A DNA stretch of 60,631 bases from Candidatus Latescibacterota bacterium (GCA_009691525.1 SICG01000003.1:1-60631); one strand, 5' to 3'; shown: positions 30,286 through 39,554, numbered from the stretch's first letter. Made by a program: numbers and translations. Notes: a model not told the origin generated them from the sequence alone.

Positions 30286-30708
30286 TCAGCCGCCGCCGGC
30301 TCTGGCGGTTAAGGCCCCGCCCAGCTCATCGAGGTAATCCTTCCAGGCCTGGTACCCTTCTTCCCCATCGGCTTCCATGGCCAGATCCAGCTCCGAACCC
30401 GTCTGCCCCAGCTTGACCACGGTTCTGGCCGCCGCCAGGTAGTCTGCGGGGGCGTAGGAGAACTTCCACTGGCGCGCGGCCTGCTCGGCCTCTTCGGGAA
30501 TCTCGCCGATACCTTCGCCCCCGGCGCGCAGCAACAACTCGGCGGCGACCAGCGCCATCTCGCACACATCGGCGTCGACAAAGACGTCGGGGGTAAGGTC
30601 GAGTTGCAGGTATTTGAGTACCGTTTCTTTGCCGATGATGGTGTCCAACTCTTCGACGAAACATTCGTACGCGGTTTTGAAGGGGTCTTCTTCGTCCATC
30701 TCTGTCAT
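30286..30708 (-). CDS. Acidic hypothetical protein (DUF4259-like)
   Basis: ALVAAELL, SEL, W..YLDEL pattern; AGGAG RBS. Confidence 0.55.
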   Translation of the reverse strand: MTEMDEEDPFKTAYECFVEELDTIIGKETVLKYLQLDLTPDVFVDADVCEMALVAAELLLRAGGEGIGEIPEEAEQAARQWKFSYAPADYLAAARTVVKLGQTGSELDLAMEADGEEGYQAWKDYLDELGGALTARAGGG

Positions 30709-30726
30709 GACCTGCTCCTTCAGGGC

Positions 30727-31824
30727 TTAGGGGTGCCGGGTTTGCACATATTCGACAGCGGCGCGCACCTGTGCGTCGCTGACCCCGTCGACGATCTCCA
30801 CCTGGCCGATGCGGCGGGGCAGGACAAAGCGGTGCCGGCCTTCGAGACGTTTCTTGTCGGCGCGGGTGCGCTCGACAATGAGGTCGGTGTTGAGCCGGCT
30901 CAGGCCGGAGGGTATACCCAGCCGTACCAGCAGTAGGTCCTGGCGCTCCCGCTCAACGGGGTCCCACATGCCGCGCTGCACCGCCAGTTCGCCGGCCCCG
31001 ACCATGCCCAGGATCACCGCCTCCCCGTGCAAGTATCCGTACTGGCTGGCCGATTCGATGGCGTGGCCGATGGTGTGGCCGTAGTTGAGAATGGCTCGCA
31101 ATTCACCCTCCTTTTCGTCGGCGGCCACCACCTCGGCCTTGATGCGCGCATTGCCGGCGATGAGCCAGTCCAGCTCGTCGGGGTCCAGCTCCAGGCCGAC
31201 TACCTGCTCGATATGGCGCTCCAGGAAGGCGAAGAGTTCCGGATCGCGGATCAGGGCGTGTTTGACCACCTCGGCCATGCCGGCCACCAGCTCGCGGCGC
31301 GGCAGAGTGTGCAAGAGCGCCGTGTCGATGCACACCAGGCGGGGCTGGTGGAAGGCGCCGATCATGTTCTTGCCCAGGGCGTGGTTGACCCCGGTTTTGC
31401 CGCCGATGCTGGCGTCCACCTGGGAGACAATGGTGGTGGGCACCTGGACAAAGGGGATGCCGCGCAGAAAGGTGGCGGCCACAAAGCCGGCCAGATCCCC
31501 CACCACGCCTCCTCCCAGGGCCAGCACCCAGGCGGTGCGATCCAGGCCGGCCTGAATCAATTGCCCGAAGATCTTCTCGGCAGTGCGCAGGTTTTTGGCG
31601 GCGTCGGTGCCGGCAAAGCGCACCTCGGTGACCTCGAAGCCGGCCTCCCGCAAGCTGGCGGCGGCCGGGGCCAGGTGCAGGCCGGCCACGGTGTGGTCGG
31701 TGATCAGCGCCACCTGCCGGCCCAGGCCCGCAGCCCGACACAATTCCCCCAGGCGCGATAAGACGCCATGTCCTACGTGGATGGCATAGGGATGGGGTTC
31801 AAGGGCTAGGGCTATGGTCTGCAT
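30727..31824 (-). CDS. aroB: 3-dehydroquinate synthase
   Basis: GGGVVGD, DASIGGKTG, LNYGHTIGHAIE, HGEAV, DKK. Confidence 0.95.
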   Translation of the reverse strand: MQTIALALEPHPYAIHVGHGVLSRLGELCRAAGLGRQVALITDHTVAGLHLAPAAASLREAGFEVTEVRFAGTDAAKNLRTAEKIFGQLIQAGLDRTAWVLALGGGVVGDLAGFVAATFLRGIPFVQVPTTIVSQVDASIGGKTGVNHALGKNMIGAFHQPRLVCIDTALLHTLPRRELVAGMAEVVKHALIRDPELFAFLERHIEQVVGLELDPDELDWLIAGNARIKAEVVAADEKEGELRAILNYGHTIGHAIESASQYGYLHGEAVILGMVGAGELAVQRGMWDPVERERQDLLLVRLGIPSGLSRLNTDLIVERTRADKKRLEGRHRFVLPRRIGQVEIVDGVSDAQVRAAVEYVQTRHP

Positions 31825-32347
31825 GCCACTGCTCCAGAGTTTGGGCCAGACGGTTGGCGGTGGTTTCGGGGTCCGCCTCGTCGCTGGTGTGGAACTGGAT
31901 GTCCGCCCGGTTGTAGAAGGGGGCGCGCTCGGCCAGCAAACGCTCGACCTTGCTGCGTTTCTCCTGGGGGCTCAGGCCGGCCAGCAGGGGACGGTCTTCC
32001 TTGCGGCCGACTCGTTCGAGGATGGTGTCCACCGAGGCCTGCAGGCACACCACCACACCCCCGGCCAGGCCGAGTACTGCCCAGTTGCGCTCTTGGGCGA
32101 TGGCGCCCCCGCCCAGGGCGATCACTGCTTCGGGGCGGGCAGCTGCCTCGGCCAGGCACTGGTACTCGAGCTGGCGGAACTGCGCCTCCCCCTGGGTGGC
32201 AAAGATCTGGGGGATGCTCAGGCCGGCCCGCTCCTCGATCAGGTGGTCGGTGTCGACGAAGACGCGGCCCAGGCGCTGGGCCAGGAGCCGGCCGATTTTG
32301 GTCTTGCCGGTGCCCATGAAGCCAGTGAGAAAGACCGGGCCTTTCAC
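31799..32347 (-). CDS. aroK: Shikimate kinase
   Basis: GFMGTGKT, GEAQFR, LGGG, RPLL; GTG start at 32347. Confidence 0.92.
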   Translation of the reverse strand: MKGPVFLTGFMGTGKTKIGRLLAQRLGRVFVDTDHLIEERAGLSIPQIFATQGEAQFRQLEYQCLAEAAARPEAVIALGGGAIAQERNWAVLGLAGGVVVCLQASVDTILERVGRKEDRPLLAGLSPQEKRSKVERLLAERAPFYNRADIQFHTSDEADPETTANRLAQTLEQWHADHSPSP

Positions 32348-32511
32348 CGCGACGGGGGCTCCTGCCGCTTGGCGCGCTTCTGCGCGTAACACTGCTCGCA
32401 GTTCCACAGCGGCGGTTTGTTCAGCGCGTTGTATCCCTCGTCCACCACGTCTCGCCGCAACTGCTTGGTCTCCTTGCCGCAGGTGTCGCAAACGAGTCTT
32501 TTCTGTGTCAT
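32344..32511 (-). CDS. Small zinc-ribbon-like protein (55 aa)
   Basis: CDTC...CEQC; stop overlaps aroK GTG; AAGGA RBS. Confidence 0.65.
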   Translation of the reverse strand: MTQKRLVCDTCGKETKQLRRDVVDEGYNALNKPPLWNCEQCYAQKRAKRQEPPSR

Positions 32512-32543
32512 CTCGTTTCCTTTCCCCAAAGACCCTTCCTCCG

Positions 32544-32568
32544 CAACGCCCCATACGTTGGGGCGTTG
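32544..32568. other. Intergenic hairpin just after argS
   Basis: CAACGCCCCA-TACGT-TGGGGCGTTG, perfect 10-bp stem, no U-tract. Confidence 0.6.
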
Positions 32569-32572
32569 GCCA

Positions 32573-34384
32573 CTACATCCGCTCGACGGTCTCGATGCCC
32601 AAGAGGCCCAGGCCGGTCTGGATGGTGCGGGCGGTGCCCTGGCAGAGCAGGAGCCGGCTGCTGCGGGTGGGTTCCTCGGCCTTGAGCACTGGGCAGGATT
32701 CGTAGAAGCGCATGAAGGTCTCGGCTAGGTTGTAGAGATAGGCGCAGAGCAGGTTTGGATAACACTCCCTGGCCACACTCTCCACCGTCTCGGTGAACTG
32801 GGCTAGCTTGAGGGCCAAGTTACGCTCCGCCGCTTCGGCCAGGTGCAAGGCCGGCTGCGTCCCGAGGCTTTCCAGGCCGCTCTTGCGGAAGAGGCTCTGC
32901 ACCCGCGCGTAGGAGTACTGGAGGTAGGGCGCGGTATTGCCGTCCAGGGCCAGCATCCGGTCCCAGTCGAAGATATAGTCCGTGGTGCGGTTGAGCGAGA
33001 GGTCGGCGTATTTGACGCTGCCGATGCCCGCCACCTGGGCGATGTGCCGGCGCTCCTCCTCGGGCAGTTCGGGGTTCTTCTCGGTGACCAGGGCCAGGGC
33101 GCGGATCTCGGCCTCGTCTAGCAGCTCCAACAGCTTGACCGTACCGCCCTGGCGGGTGCGGAAGGGTTTGCCGTCCTTGCCCATCATGGTGCCAAAGGCG
33201 TGATGTTCGAGCGAGCAGCTGGCCGGGACAAAGCCGGCGGCGCGCGCCACGGCAAAGACCTGGCGCAGGTGCAGGTCCTGGCGGGCGTCGACGATGTAGA
33301 GGATGCGGTCGGCCTTGAGTTCCCCGGCCCGGTAGCGCACCGCGGCCAGGTCGGTGGTGGCGTAGAGGTAGCCGCCGTCGGACTTCTGGATGATGACCGG
33401 GGTGGGCTCTCTCCCTTCCCCTTCCAGGGCGATGATTGCTAGGTGGAGTTCTACGTCGGACTTCGGGATGATATCTAGGGTAGCTTCCCCCTTGTGGTTC
33501 TTGGACTCCTTCAGGAACACACACTGGGCGCCCTGGGATTCGTACAGCCAGCCGGCCTTTCTTAGATCCTCCACGACGCAGGGCAGGTCGTCGTTGTACG
33601 CGCTTTCGGGGCGCACGTCCTCCCGCTTCAGGGTGACCCCCAGGCGGGCATACACCTGCTCGCAGTGCTGCAGGGACTCGTCGATGAAACGCTGCCACAC
33701 CTGCCGGCAGTGGGCATCGCCCCCCTGCAGTCGCACGACGTATTCGCGGGCGAGGCGGGCGAAGTCCTGGTCCTCGTCGAAGCGCTGCTTGGCCGCCCGG
33801 TAGAATTCCTCCAGGTCGGCCAGTTGGCCCGACAGATCCTGGCCCTGCCGCTCCAGGTGGTCGAGGTGGGCGATGAGCATGCCGAACTGGGTGCCCCAGT
33901 CGCCCACGTGGTTGTGGCGGATGACCCGGTGCCCCAGGAATTCGAGGATACGAACCAGGGCATCGCCGATGATGGTACTGCGCAGGTGGCCGACGTGCAT
34001 TTCCTTGGCAAGATTGGGATGCGAGTAGTCCACCACCACCGTCTGCGGCGCAGCGGCCTGGGCCACCCCCAGGCGTTCGCCGGCCAGCAACTGGCCTAGG
34101 TGGCTGGCCAGCCATTCGTTTTTCAGGGTGATATTGATGAAGCCAGGGCCGGCGATCTCCACCTTTTCGGCGATGTCCCCCAGGTCCAGGGCGGCCACCA
34201 CCTGCTCGGCCAGCTGCCGCGGCTTGAGGCCCATTCTCTTGGCGGCCCCCATCACCCCGTTGCCCTGGTAGTCCCCAAATTCGGGCCGGGTGGCCAGGCC
34301 CAGCATGGGCGGGGCGTCAGGGGGGGCGCCGGCTTTTTGCAGGGCCTGGGCCAGCCGGGATTCAAGTAAATTGCGGAGGGTCAT
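32573..34384 (-). CDS. argS: Arginine--tRNA ligase
   Basis: PNLAKEMHVGH, GDWGTQFG, KSDGGYLY, GNTAPYLQY, ERM end; start chosen at MTLRN. Confidence 0.95.
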   Translation of the reverse strand: MTLRNLLESRLAQALQKAGAPPDAPPMLGLATRPEFGDYQGNGVMGAAKRMGLKPRQLAEQVVAALDLGDIAEKVEIAGPGFINITLKNEWLASHLGQLLAGERLGVAQAAAPQTVVVDYSHPNLAKEMHVGHLRSTIIGDALVRILEFLGHRVIRHNHVGDWGTQFGMLIAHLDHLERQGQDLSGQLADLEEFYRAAKQRFDEDQDFARLAREYVVRLQGGDAHCRQVWQRFIDESLQHCEQVYARLGVTLKREDVRPESAYNDDLPCVVEDLRKAGWLYESQGAQCVFLKESKNHKGEATLDIIPKSDVELHLAIIALEGEGREPTPVIIQKSDGGYLYATTDLAAVRYRAGELKADRILYIVDARQDLHLRQVFAVARAAGFVPASCSLEHHAFGTMMGKDGKPFRTRQGGTVKLLELLDEAEIRALALVTEKNPELPEEERRHIAQVAGIGSVKYADLSLNRTTDYIFDWDRMLALDGNTAPYLQYSYARVQSLFRKSGLESLGTQPALHLAEAAERNLALKLAQFTETVESVARECYPNLLCAYLYNLAETFMRFYESCPVLKAEEPTRSSRLLLCQGTARTIQTGLGLLGIETVERM

Positions 34385-34439
34385 GGGGTAGGCTGCCATC
34401 TCAGATGGTTGGGTTGTATAGATTCGCCTCAGCGCCAAA

Positions 34440-34826
34440 CTACCAGAGCACTTCGGCTTTATAGCGGTGGAACTGCTCGTCTGCGGTGAGGATCGGGGTA
34501 TGTTCCAGCAATGCCTGGGCGATCAAGAGCCGGTCAAAGGGGTCGGGGTGATGCAAGGGGAGGCGGTGTACATGGAGCGTGTGGGCCAACTCTACTGGAA
34601 GGGCGAGAAAGCCGTTCTTCTTGAGTTGCTCAGGGACAAAGCGGTCCGGGTTTTTAGGCAAGGTCAGCTTGCCCAGGGCGACCTTGATAGCGATCTCCCA
34701 CCCCGATACCGCGCTGAGGAAGATCTGGTTCCGGGTATTGCCTAAGAGTTTGCGGGCAGTCGCGGAGAGGCGAGGGGAGTCGTCTATCCACCACAGAAAG
34801 GCGTGGGTATCCAGCAGGATGTTCAT
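34440..34826 (-). CDS. vapC: VapC-like PIN toxin
   Basis: LLDTHAFLW, WEIAIK, HPDPFDRLLIAQA, LTAD. Confidence 0.92.
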   Translation of the reverse strand: MNILLDTHAFLWWIDDSPRLSATARKLLGNTRNQIFLSAVSGWEIAIKVALGKLTLPKNPDRFVPEQLKKNGFLALPVELAHTLHVHRLPLHHPDPFDRLLIAQALLEHTPILTADEQFHRYKAEVLW

Positions 34827-35059
34827 GCCTCGAATACCTGTAGCACCTCTGCCGGCAAGGGGGCATTAAAGTCCTCGGCCATGGAGATCTTGCCTTTGGC
34901 GCTTCCCGGTCGGCGCTGGTGCTTGCGGCTCTCAAGAGGCACTAGGCGGGCAATGGGCTTGCCAGCCTTGGCGATGACGATCTCTTCGCCGCTGCTCACG
35001 CGGTCGAGCAGTTGGGAAAAATGGGTCTTGGCGGCGTGGATATTTACCTGGGTGGGCAT
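34823..35059 (-). CDS. Phd/YefM antitoxin
   Basis: VNIHAAKTHFSQLL, GEEIVIAKAGKPIARLVP. Confidence 0.92.
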   Translation of the reverse strand: MPTQVNIHAAKTHFSQLLDRVSSGEEIVIAKAGKPIARLVPLESRKHQRRPGSAKGKISMAEDFNAPLPAEVLQVFEA

Positions 35060-35081
35060 CTGTTTTTCCTCGTGGTGCTGA

Positions 35082-35110
35082 AATATAGACTAAGCATTGG
35101 ACTAAGTCAA
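35082..35110 (-). promoter_or_regulatory. Sigma70-type promoter with overlapping operator for phd-vapC
   Basis: TTGACT-17nt-TATATT; palindrome GACT-N-AGTC and repeated CTTAGTC. Confidence 0.7.
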
Positions 35111-35120
35111 ATATTCTCCC

Positions 35121-35933
35121 TCAGAAGTCGTAATCGATGGACCAGGCGTACTCCTGGCTGCCCAGCAGGGTGCGCTCCAGATAGGGCTCCCACGAGAAGG
35201 TGCGAGGGTTGCCCCAGATCAGGAAGAAGTCGGGGGCAAAGCTGCAGGTGGCGCTCACCATGCCCAGTTTGGGGTGGCGCTGCTGGATCACCAGTTTGGT
35301 GTCGCCCTCGTGGTCCAGTTTGGCCGAGTCTCCGGGCCAGGGCCGGCCTTTGCGGCAGATGTACCCGTTGGCGGCCAGGGTATAGCCCTGGCTTTCCCCA
35401 AAGGACACCGGGAAGTTGACCCGGAAGAGTTCGTCAGTTTCGGGATGGGGGTAGAAGGGATGGGGAAACCAGCGCAGGTTGAGGAATCCCTGGCCCAGAT
35501 TCTCCACCCGAATCTCGGAGCGCACGGTGCGCTCGATCAGGGTAAGGGTGCGTTCCAGGCGCAGGGCGTGGTTCTGGAAGCGCTGCTCGGTGATCATGTG
35601 CACCCGGTCGGGTTGGCGGGTCACCTCCCATTTGCAGAACTCCAGTACCTTGTTGGCTTTCATGTCGCAGAGGCCGATGCCGACGATCAGGCTGGTGGGG
35701 TCGGCCGAATAGGGGTCGCGCAGCGGGCTGAGGTTGAAGGCGTCGGGGATGCCCTGGCCGTCGAAGACATTGAAGCTGTCCGGGTAGGTGGGGCCGCTGA
35801 GCAGGTCGCCCAGCTTGCGGTCCTCTATCTGAAAGATGTACCCGCCGGTGCAGTAGCGGGGACCCATGCGCTCCTGGTCGGCCAGGGGGTCGAGGACAGA
35901 GACGGTGAGTTGGTGGTTGGCAAGGGTGTACAT
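35121..35933 (-). CDS. Hypothetical protein, possible galactose mutarotase-like fold
   Basis: Clean 270-aa ORF with GGAG RBS; WFPHPFY and SWEPY resemble aldose epimerase His/Glu motifs. Confidence 0.55.
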   Translation of the reverse strand: MYTLANHQLTVSVLDPLADQERMGPRYCTGGYIFQIEDRKLGDLLSGPTYPDSFNVFDGQGIPDAFNLSPLRDPYSADPTSLIVGIGLCDMKANKVLEFCKWEVTRQPDRVHMITEQRFQNHALRLERTLTLIERTVRSEIRVENLGQGFLNLRWFPHPFYPHPETDELFRVNFPVSFGESQGYTLAANGYICRKGRPWPGDSAKLDHEGDTKLVIQQRHPKLGMVSATCSFAPDFFLIWGNPRTFSWEPYLERTLLGSQEYAWSIDYDF

Positions 35934-35985
35934 GGGGTGTGGTCTCCAGTTGGAGGTGATTGAATTACGAGAGCAGCAGAGGGCG

Positions 35986-36127
35986 CGTCGGTGAGCGACC
36001 CGCTACGGTTTTCCCAAGGCGCGTCCTGCCCCCTCGCTCGCTCTGGCTCCGCTACCCCTCCACCACGCCGCGCGGACTTCCCCGCCCGACCGCTCCCCAG
36101 GAAAAACCTTCGGGGTCATCTCCCCGC
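35986..36127. repeat. Structured intergenic repeat, copy 1
   Basis: About 142 bp aligning to 42658-42798; imperfect terminal inverted repeats. Confidence 0.9.
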
Positions 36128-36130
36128 CGC

Positions 36131-37015
36131 TCAGTTGGCTGCCGGTTTTAACGGGGAGGGTTTGCCCAAGCGTTCTAGCGCCGCAGCCCGCATGACCTCG
36201 ACCGGAGGTTCTACTCCGGTCCAGATGGCAAAGGCCCGCGCGCCCTGGCGGGCCAGCATGCCCAGGCCATCCACCGGGCGGGCGCCGGCCTGGCGGGCCT
36301 GGCGCAGCAGCAGGGTTTCGAGTGGATTGTAAACGATGTCTAGCACCACCATGCCTGTGTGCAGGCAGGCGGGGTTTGGCAGGGGCGAGGCGTCGGGGTG
36401 AGGGTGCATGCCGATGGAGGTCGAGTTGATCAGCAGGCCGGCGGCGGCCACTTGTTCGCCGGAGGACGCATCCAACACCCCGGGCTGGACCCGTTTTCCC
36501 TCTGGATCAAGGGACGCGGCCAGGGCCGCAGCTTTTTCCGCAGTGCGGTTGAGCAGGGCGATGTGCTCCACTTCGGGACGTTGCAGCAGGGCGTAGAGGA
36601 TGGCCCGCGCTGCGCCGCCGGCCCCCAGCAGAGCCACCCGGGAGGGCAGGGTTTCCAGGCCCCCGTCCAGGCGCAGGCTCTGCATCACCCCGTAAGCATC
36701 GGTGTTGTGCCCGATCAGCCGACCCTCGCGGTGGTCGATGGTGTTCACCGCGCCGATGGCCCGGGCCTCGGGCGAGATCTCGTCGAGCAGGGCCATCACC
36801 CCCACCTTGTGGGGCACAGTCACGTTGAGGCCGCGGAAATTCAGGGCGCGCATGCCGGCGATGGCCGGGCCCAATTCCTCGGGGCGCACCGGGAAGGCGG
36901 TGTACACATACTCCAGTCCCAGGGCCGCGATGGCGGCGTTGTGCATGGCCGGCGAGGAGGTGTGTTCCACCGGGTGGCCGATGATCCCCAGCACCCGGGT
37001 CTTGCCGCTGATCAC
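36131..37015 (-). CDS. aroE: Shikimate dehydrogenase
   Basis: SPAMHN, NVTVPHK, GAVNT, NTD, GAGGAA, DGLGML. Confidence 0.95.
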   Translation of the reverse strand: MISGKTRVLGIIGHPVEHTSSPAMHNAAIAALGLEYVYTAFPVRPEELGPAIAGMRALNFRGLNVTVPHKVGVMALLDEISPEARAIGAVNTIDHREGRLIGHNTDAYGVMQSLRLDGGLETLPSRVALLGAGGAARAILYALLQRPEVEHIALLNRTAEKAAALAASLDPEGKRVQPGVLDASSGEQVAAAGLLINSTSIGMHPHPDASPLPNPACLHTGMVVLDIVYNPLETLLLRQARQAGARPVDGLGMLARQGARAFAIWTGVEPPVEVMRAAALERLGKPSPLKPAAN

Positions 37016-37152
37016 GGCAGCAGATCCTCGACGAACTGCTCGGCGATGCCCCAGCTCTCGCGCCAGGTAGCGCCGCAACGCCAGCGGATCAGCACCACTC
37101 CGCCGGCCAACACCACGGCGGCCAACACGCACAATCTGATCAATCCCCTCAT
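37012..37152 (-). CDS. Small single-TM protein (46 aa)
   Basis: MRGLIRLCVLAAVVLAGGVVLIRWRCGATWRESWGIAEQFVEDLLP; 4-nt overlaps with both neighbours. Confidence 0.65.
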   Translation of the reverse strand: MRGLIRLCVLAAVVLAGGVVLIRWRCGATWRESWGIAEQFVEDLLP

Positions 37153-38429
37153 TTTCTACGCTCCTGGAGTTTTTCCAGAGTCGGGAAGAAAGCCGGAAAG
37201 ACCTCCTCCAGGCCCTGGGTGTCAGAGAGGGTCATCTCGCCCTCGGCCCACAGTCCGGCCACCGCAAAGGCAAAACACAGGCCGGCATTCCCGCGGGTAT
37301 CGATGGCCGCACCCTTGAGTGGGTACCCGCCCTCGACGACCAGGCCTTCGGGAAATTCGCCCACCTTGGCCTCGATGAAGCGCAGCTGCTGGACCAGGTG
37401 GGCCAGGTAGTCGGATTCGCCCTGGCGCAGCACCTCGACGTCGCGGATGACAAACTCCCCTTCGCTCTGGGTGGCCATCACCGCCAGCAGCGCCACCTGG
37501 TCGAGCAGCTTCTCGGCGCGCTGCCCGGCGATGCGGGTGGGTTTGAGTTTGCCCGAGCGCACCAGCACGTCGGTGGTGCCGTCGTCGTTCTCCTCGAAGG
37601 TGAGGGGCGCACCTAGCTGGCGCAGCAGATCAAAAAAGAAACGCCGGCCCGAACGGATGGCCAGCCGGCGAAGGCGCAGCTCCGAACGCCGCAGCGCCAG
37701 GGCCGCCACTACCAGAGGCAGGGCCAAAAGCGCGTCGCCGGCAATCTCTAACTCCCGCCCCTTCAGTTCCTGCCCGCCGTTGATGGAGAGAGCCCACTCG
37801 CCCTCGCTGTCCTGCCGGCGGCGCAGCACCTCAACACCCCACTGGCGCAGGGGGCGTTCTGCCCGTTCGCCGGTCTTGAGCAATTCGCGCAGGGTGGTGG
37901 TGCCCTGGGTGTAGAGGCCGGCCACCAACAGGGCGGTTTTGATCCCCAGCACCAGTTCGGCTGCCGCGTGGGTGATGGGCTGCAGGGGACGCCCGCCGCC
38001 CACCAGCCACCGGCCTTCCGCCTCGGCGTGGACCTCGGCGCCGGACGCGGCCATCAGGGCCAGCAGTTGCCTGCCCTCTTCCTCCGCCTCACCCAAATAC
38101 ACGCGGGTGCTGAACTCCTGGCCGCAGAGCAGGGCCAGCAAGTACAGGGCTTCGTCGCCCAGGCCTTCCAGATTCACGGTGTCGCGGGGGGCGCTGAAGC
38201 CGAGCCGTCCTTTTCCCTGGACCACCAGCACTCCGGGCTCTTCGGTGATGGCGATGCCCAGATCGCGCAGCAACCTCACCAGCCGCCGGCAGGAGAGGGG
38301 CGAATTGGAGATGCGGCTTTCGCCCTGGGCCAAGGCAGCCAGCACCAGGGCCTGGGAAGCGCTCTCCAGTTCGCCGGGGACGGTGGCTTCGCCGGCCAGC
38401 TTGCGCGCCGGGCGCACCATGCGTTCCAC
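37149..38429 (-). CDS. EPSP synthase (AroA)-like protein with degenerate active site
   Basis: Colinear with class II AroA over its full length but lacks the GDKS..HR, GNSGT, RP, SAQ, RDHTE, KE..R and DHR motifs. Confidence 0.8.
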   Translation of the reverse strand: MERMVRPARKLAGEATVPGELESASQALVLAALAQGESRISNSPLSCRRLVRLLRDLGIAITEEPGVLVVQGKGRLGFSAPRDTVNLEGLGDEALYLLALLCGQEFSTRVYLGEAEEEGRQLLALMAASGAEVHAEAEGRWLVGGGRPLQPITHAAAELVLGIKTALLVAGLYTQGTTTLRELLKTGERAERPLRQWGVEVLRRRQDSEGEWALSINGGQELKGRELEIAGDALLALPLVVAALALRRSELRLRRLAIRSGRRFFFDLLRQLGAPLTFEENDDGTTDVLVRSGKLKPTRIAGQRAEKLLDQVALLAVMATQSEGEFVIRDVEVLRQGESDYLAHLVQQLRFIEAKVGEFPEGLVVEGGYPLKGAAIDTRGNAGLCFAFAVAGLWAEGEMTLSDTQGLEEVFPAFFPTLEKLQERRK

Positions 38430-39554
38430 CTAGCGCCTCCTGGCCTGGTAGCCCAGGCCGGCCAACACGGCCAGCGCGTGATCGGCGGCCGGTTCACTGT
38501 CGAATCCCAGGCGCAGGGTGCCGCCCTCCCCTTCCCTCACCTTCATCACCTCGATGTCGTTGATATTGATTTTTTCGTGCGCCAGCGCCTGGGCGATCTG
38601 GCCGATGATTCCCGGCTTGTCTTCGGCCACCACCAGGATTTCAAAGAGGGTGTGGATGAAACCCTTGGCGTCGCGCGGGATGCGGTTGCGGGTGTGATTG
38701 GCAAAGGCGAAATCCTGTCCCAGGCTCGGGTCGGCAATACGACCGCGCACGTCCTGCAATACGGCGATGTACTGGTCGATCATCCGGCCGATCTGGTCCT
38801 CGTTGGTGCGGCAGATGTCCTCCCACACCGGTGCGTACGGGCTGGAGGCGATGCGGGTCAGGTCGCGGAAGCCGCCGGCGGCCAGGGTGAGAAAATAGCC
38901 CTTTTCCTCGTGGAGCCGGCCCACCATCTCTACCAGCGAAGTGGCGATCATCTGTGGCAGGTGGCTGATGGCGGCCACCACCTCGTCGTGGGTCTCGGCA
39001 TCGAGTTCCAGCACCTTGGCGCCCACTTCCTTAAGCAATTGCACCAGGGCCCCGTAGAGTGGAGCGGGCACTGCAGTGCCGGGCACCAGGATGTAGATGG
39101 CATTCTGAAAGAGAAAGGGGTCGGCGGCGCTGACCCCGGCCTTTTCGGAGCCGGCCATGGGATGGCCGCCCACAAAGTGAAGATCGGGGCGCAGTTGGGC
39201 GGCGGCCTGGGCGACGATGCGGCGCTTGGTGCTGCCCACGTCGGTGATCAGGGCGCCGGGGGCAGCGCAGCGGCCCACTTCTTCTAACAGGGAGAGGATG
39301 CGCTGGATGGGTGTACACAGCACAACTAGGTCGGCCCCTTCCAGGGCCTTGGCCAGGTCCGGGTAGTCCCAGCCCTCATCGATGACTCCCAGTTCGAGGG
39401 CCTGGGCGATGGTCTCGGGCCGGCTGACGCCCACCAGGCGGGCCGGGTGGGCCAGCCGCTTGAGGGCCAGGCCCAGGGAGCCGCCGATCAGCCCGACTCC
39501 GACGATGGCAATGCGCTTGAAGAAGGCTAGGTCCTCCTGAAGACTAGTGGTTAT
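38430..39554 (-). CDS. tyrA: Prephenate/arogenate dehydrogenase with C-terminal ACT domain
   Basis: GVGLIGGS, DVGSTK, GGHPMAGSE, HD..VA.ISHLP, GFRDLTRIA, DKPG; start uncertain (ATA at 39554). Confidence 0.88.
   Translation of the reverse strand: MTTSLQEDLAFFKRIAIVGVGLIGGSLGLALKRLAHPARLVGVSRPETIAQALELGVIDEGWDYPDLAKALEGADLVVLCTPIQRILSLLEEVGRCAAPGALITDVGSTKRRIVAQAAAQLRPDLHFVGGHPMAGSEKAGVSAADPFLFQNAIYILVPGTAVPAPLYGALVQLLKEVGAKVLELDAETHDEVVAAISHLPQMIATSLVEMVGRLHEEKGYFLTLAAGGFRDLTRIASSPYAPVWEDICRTNEDQIGRMIDQYIAVLQDVRGRIADPSLGQDFAFANHTRNRIPRDAKGFIHTLFEILVVAEDKPGIIGQIAQALAHEKININDIEVMKVREGEGGTLRLGFDSEPAADHALAVLAGLGYQARRR

Noticed and set aside
33332-33487. Diversity-generating retroelement TR/VR pair
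   Set aside because: Differences are not adenine-restricted and there is no reverse transcriptase in the window
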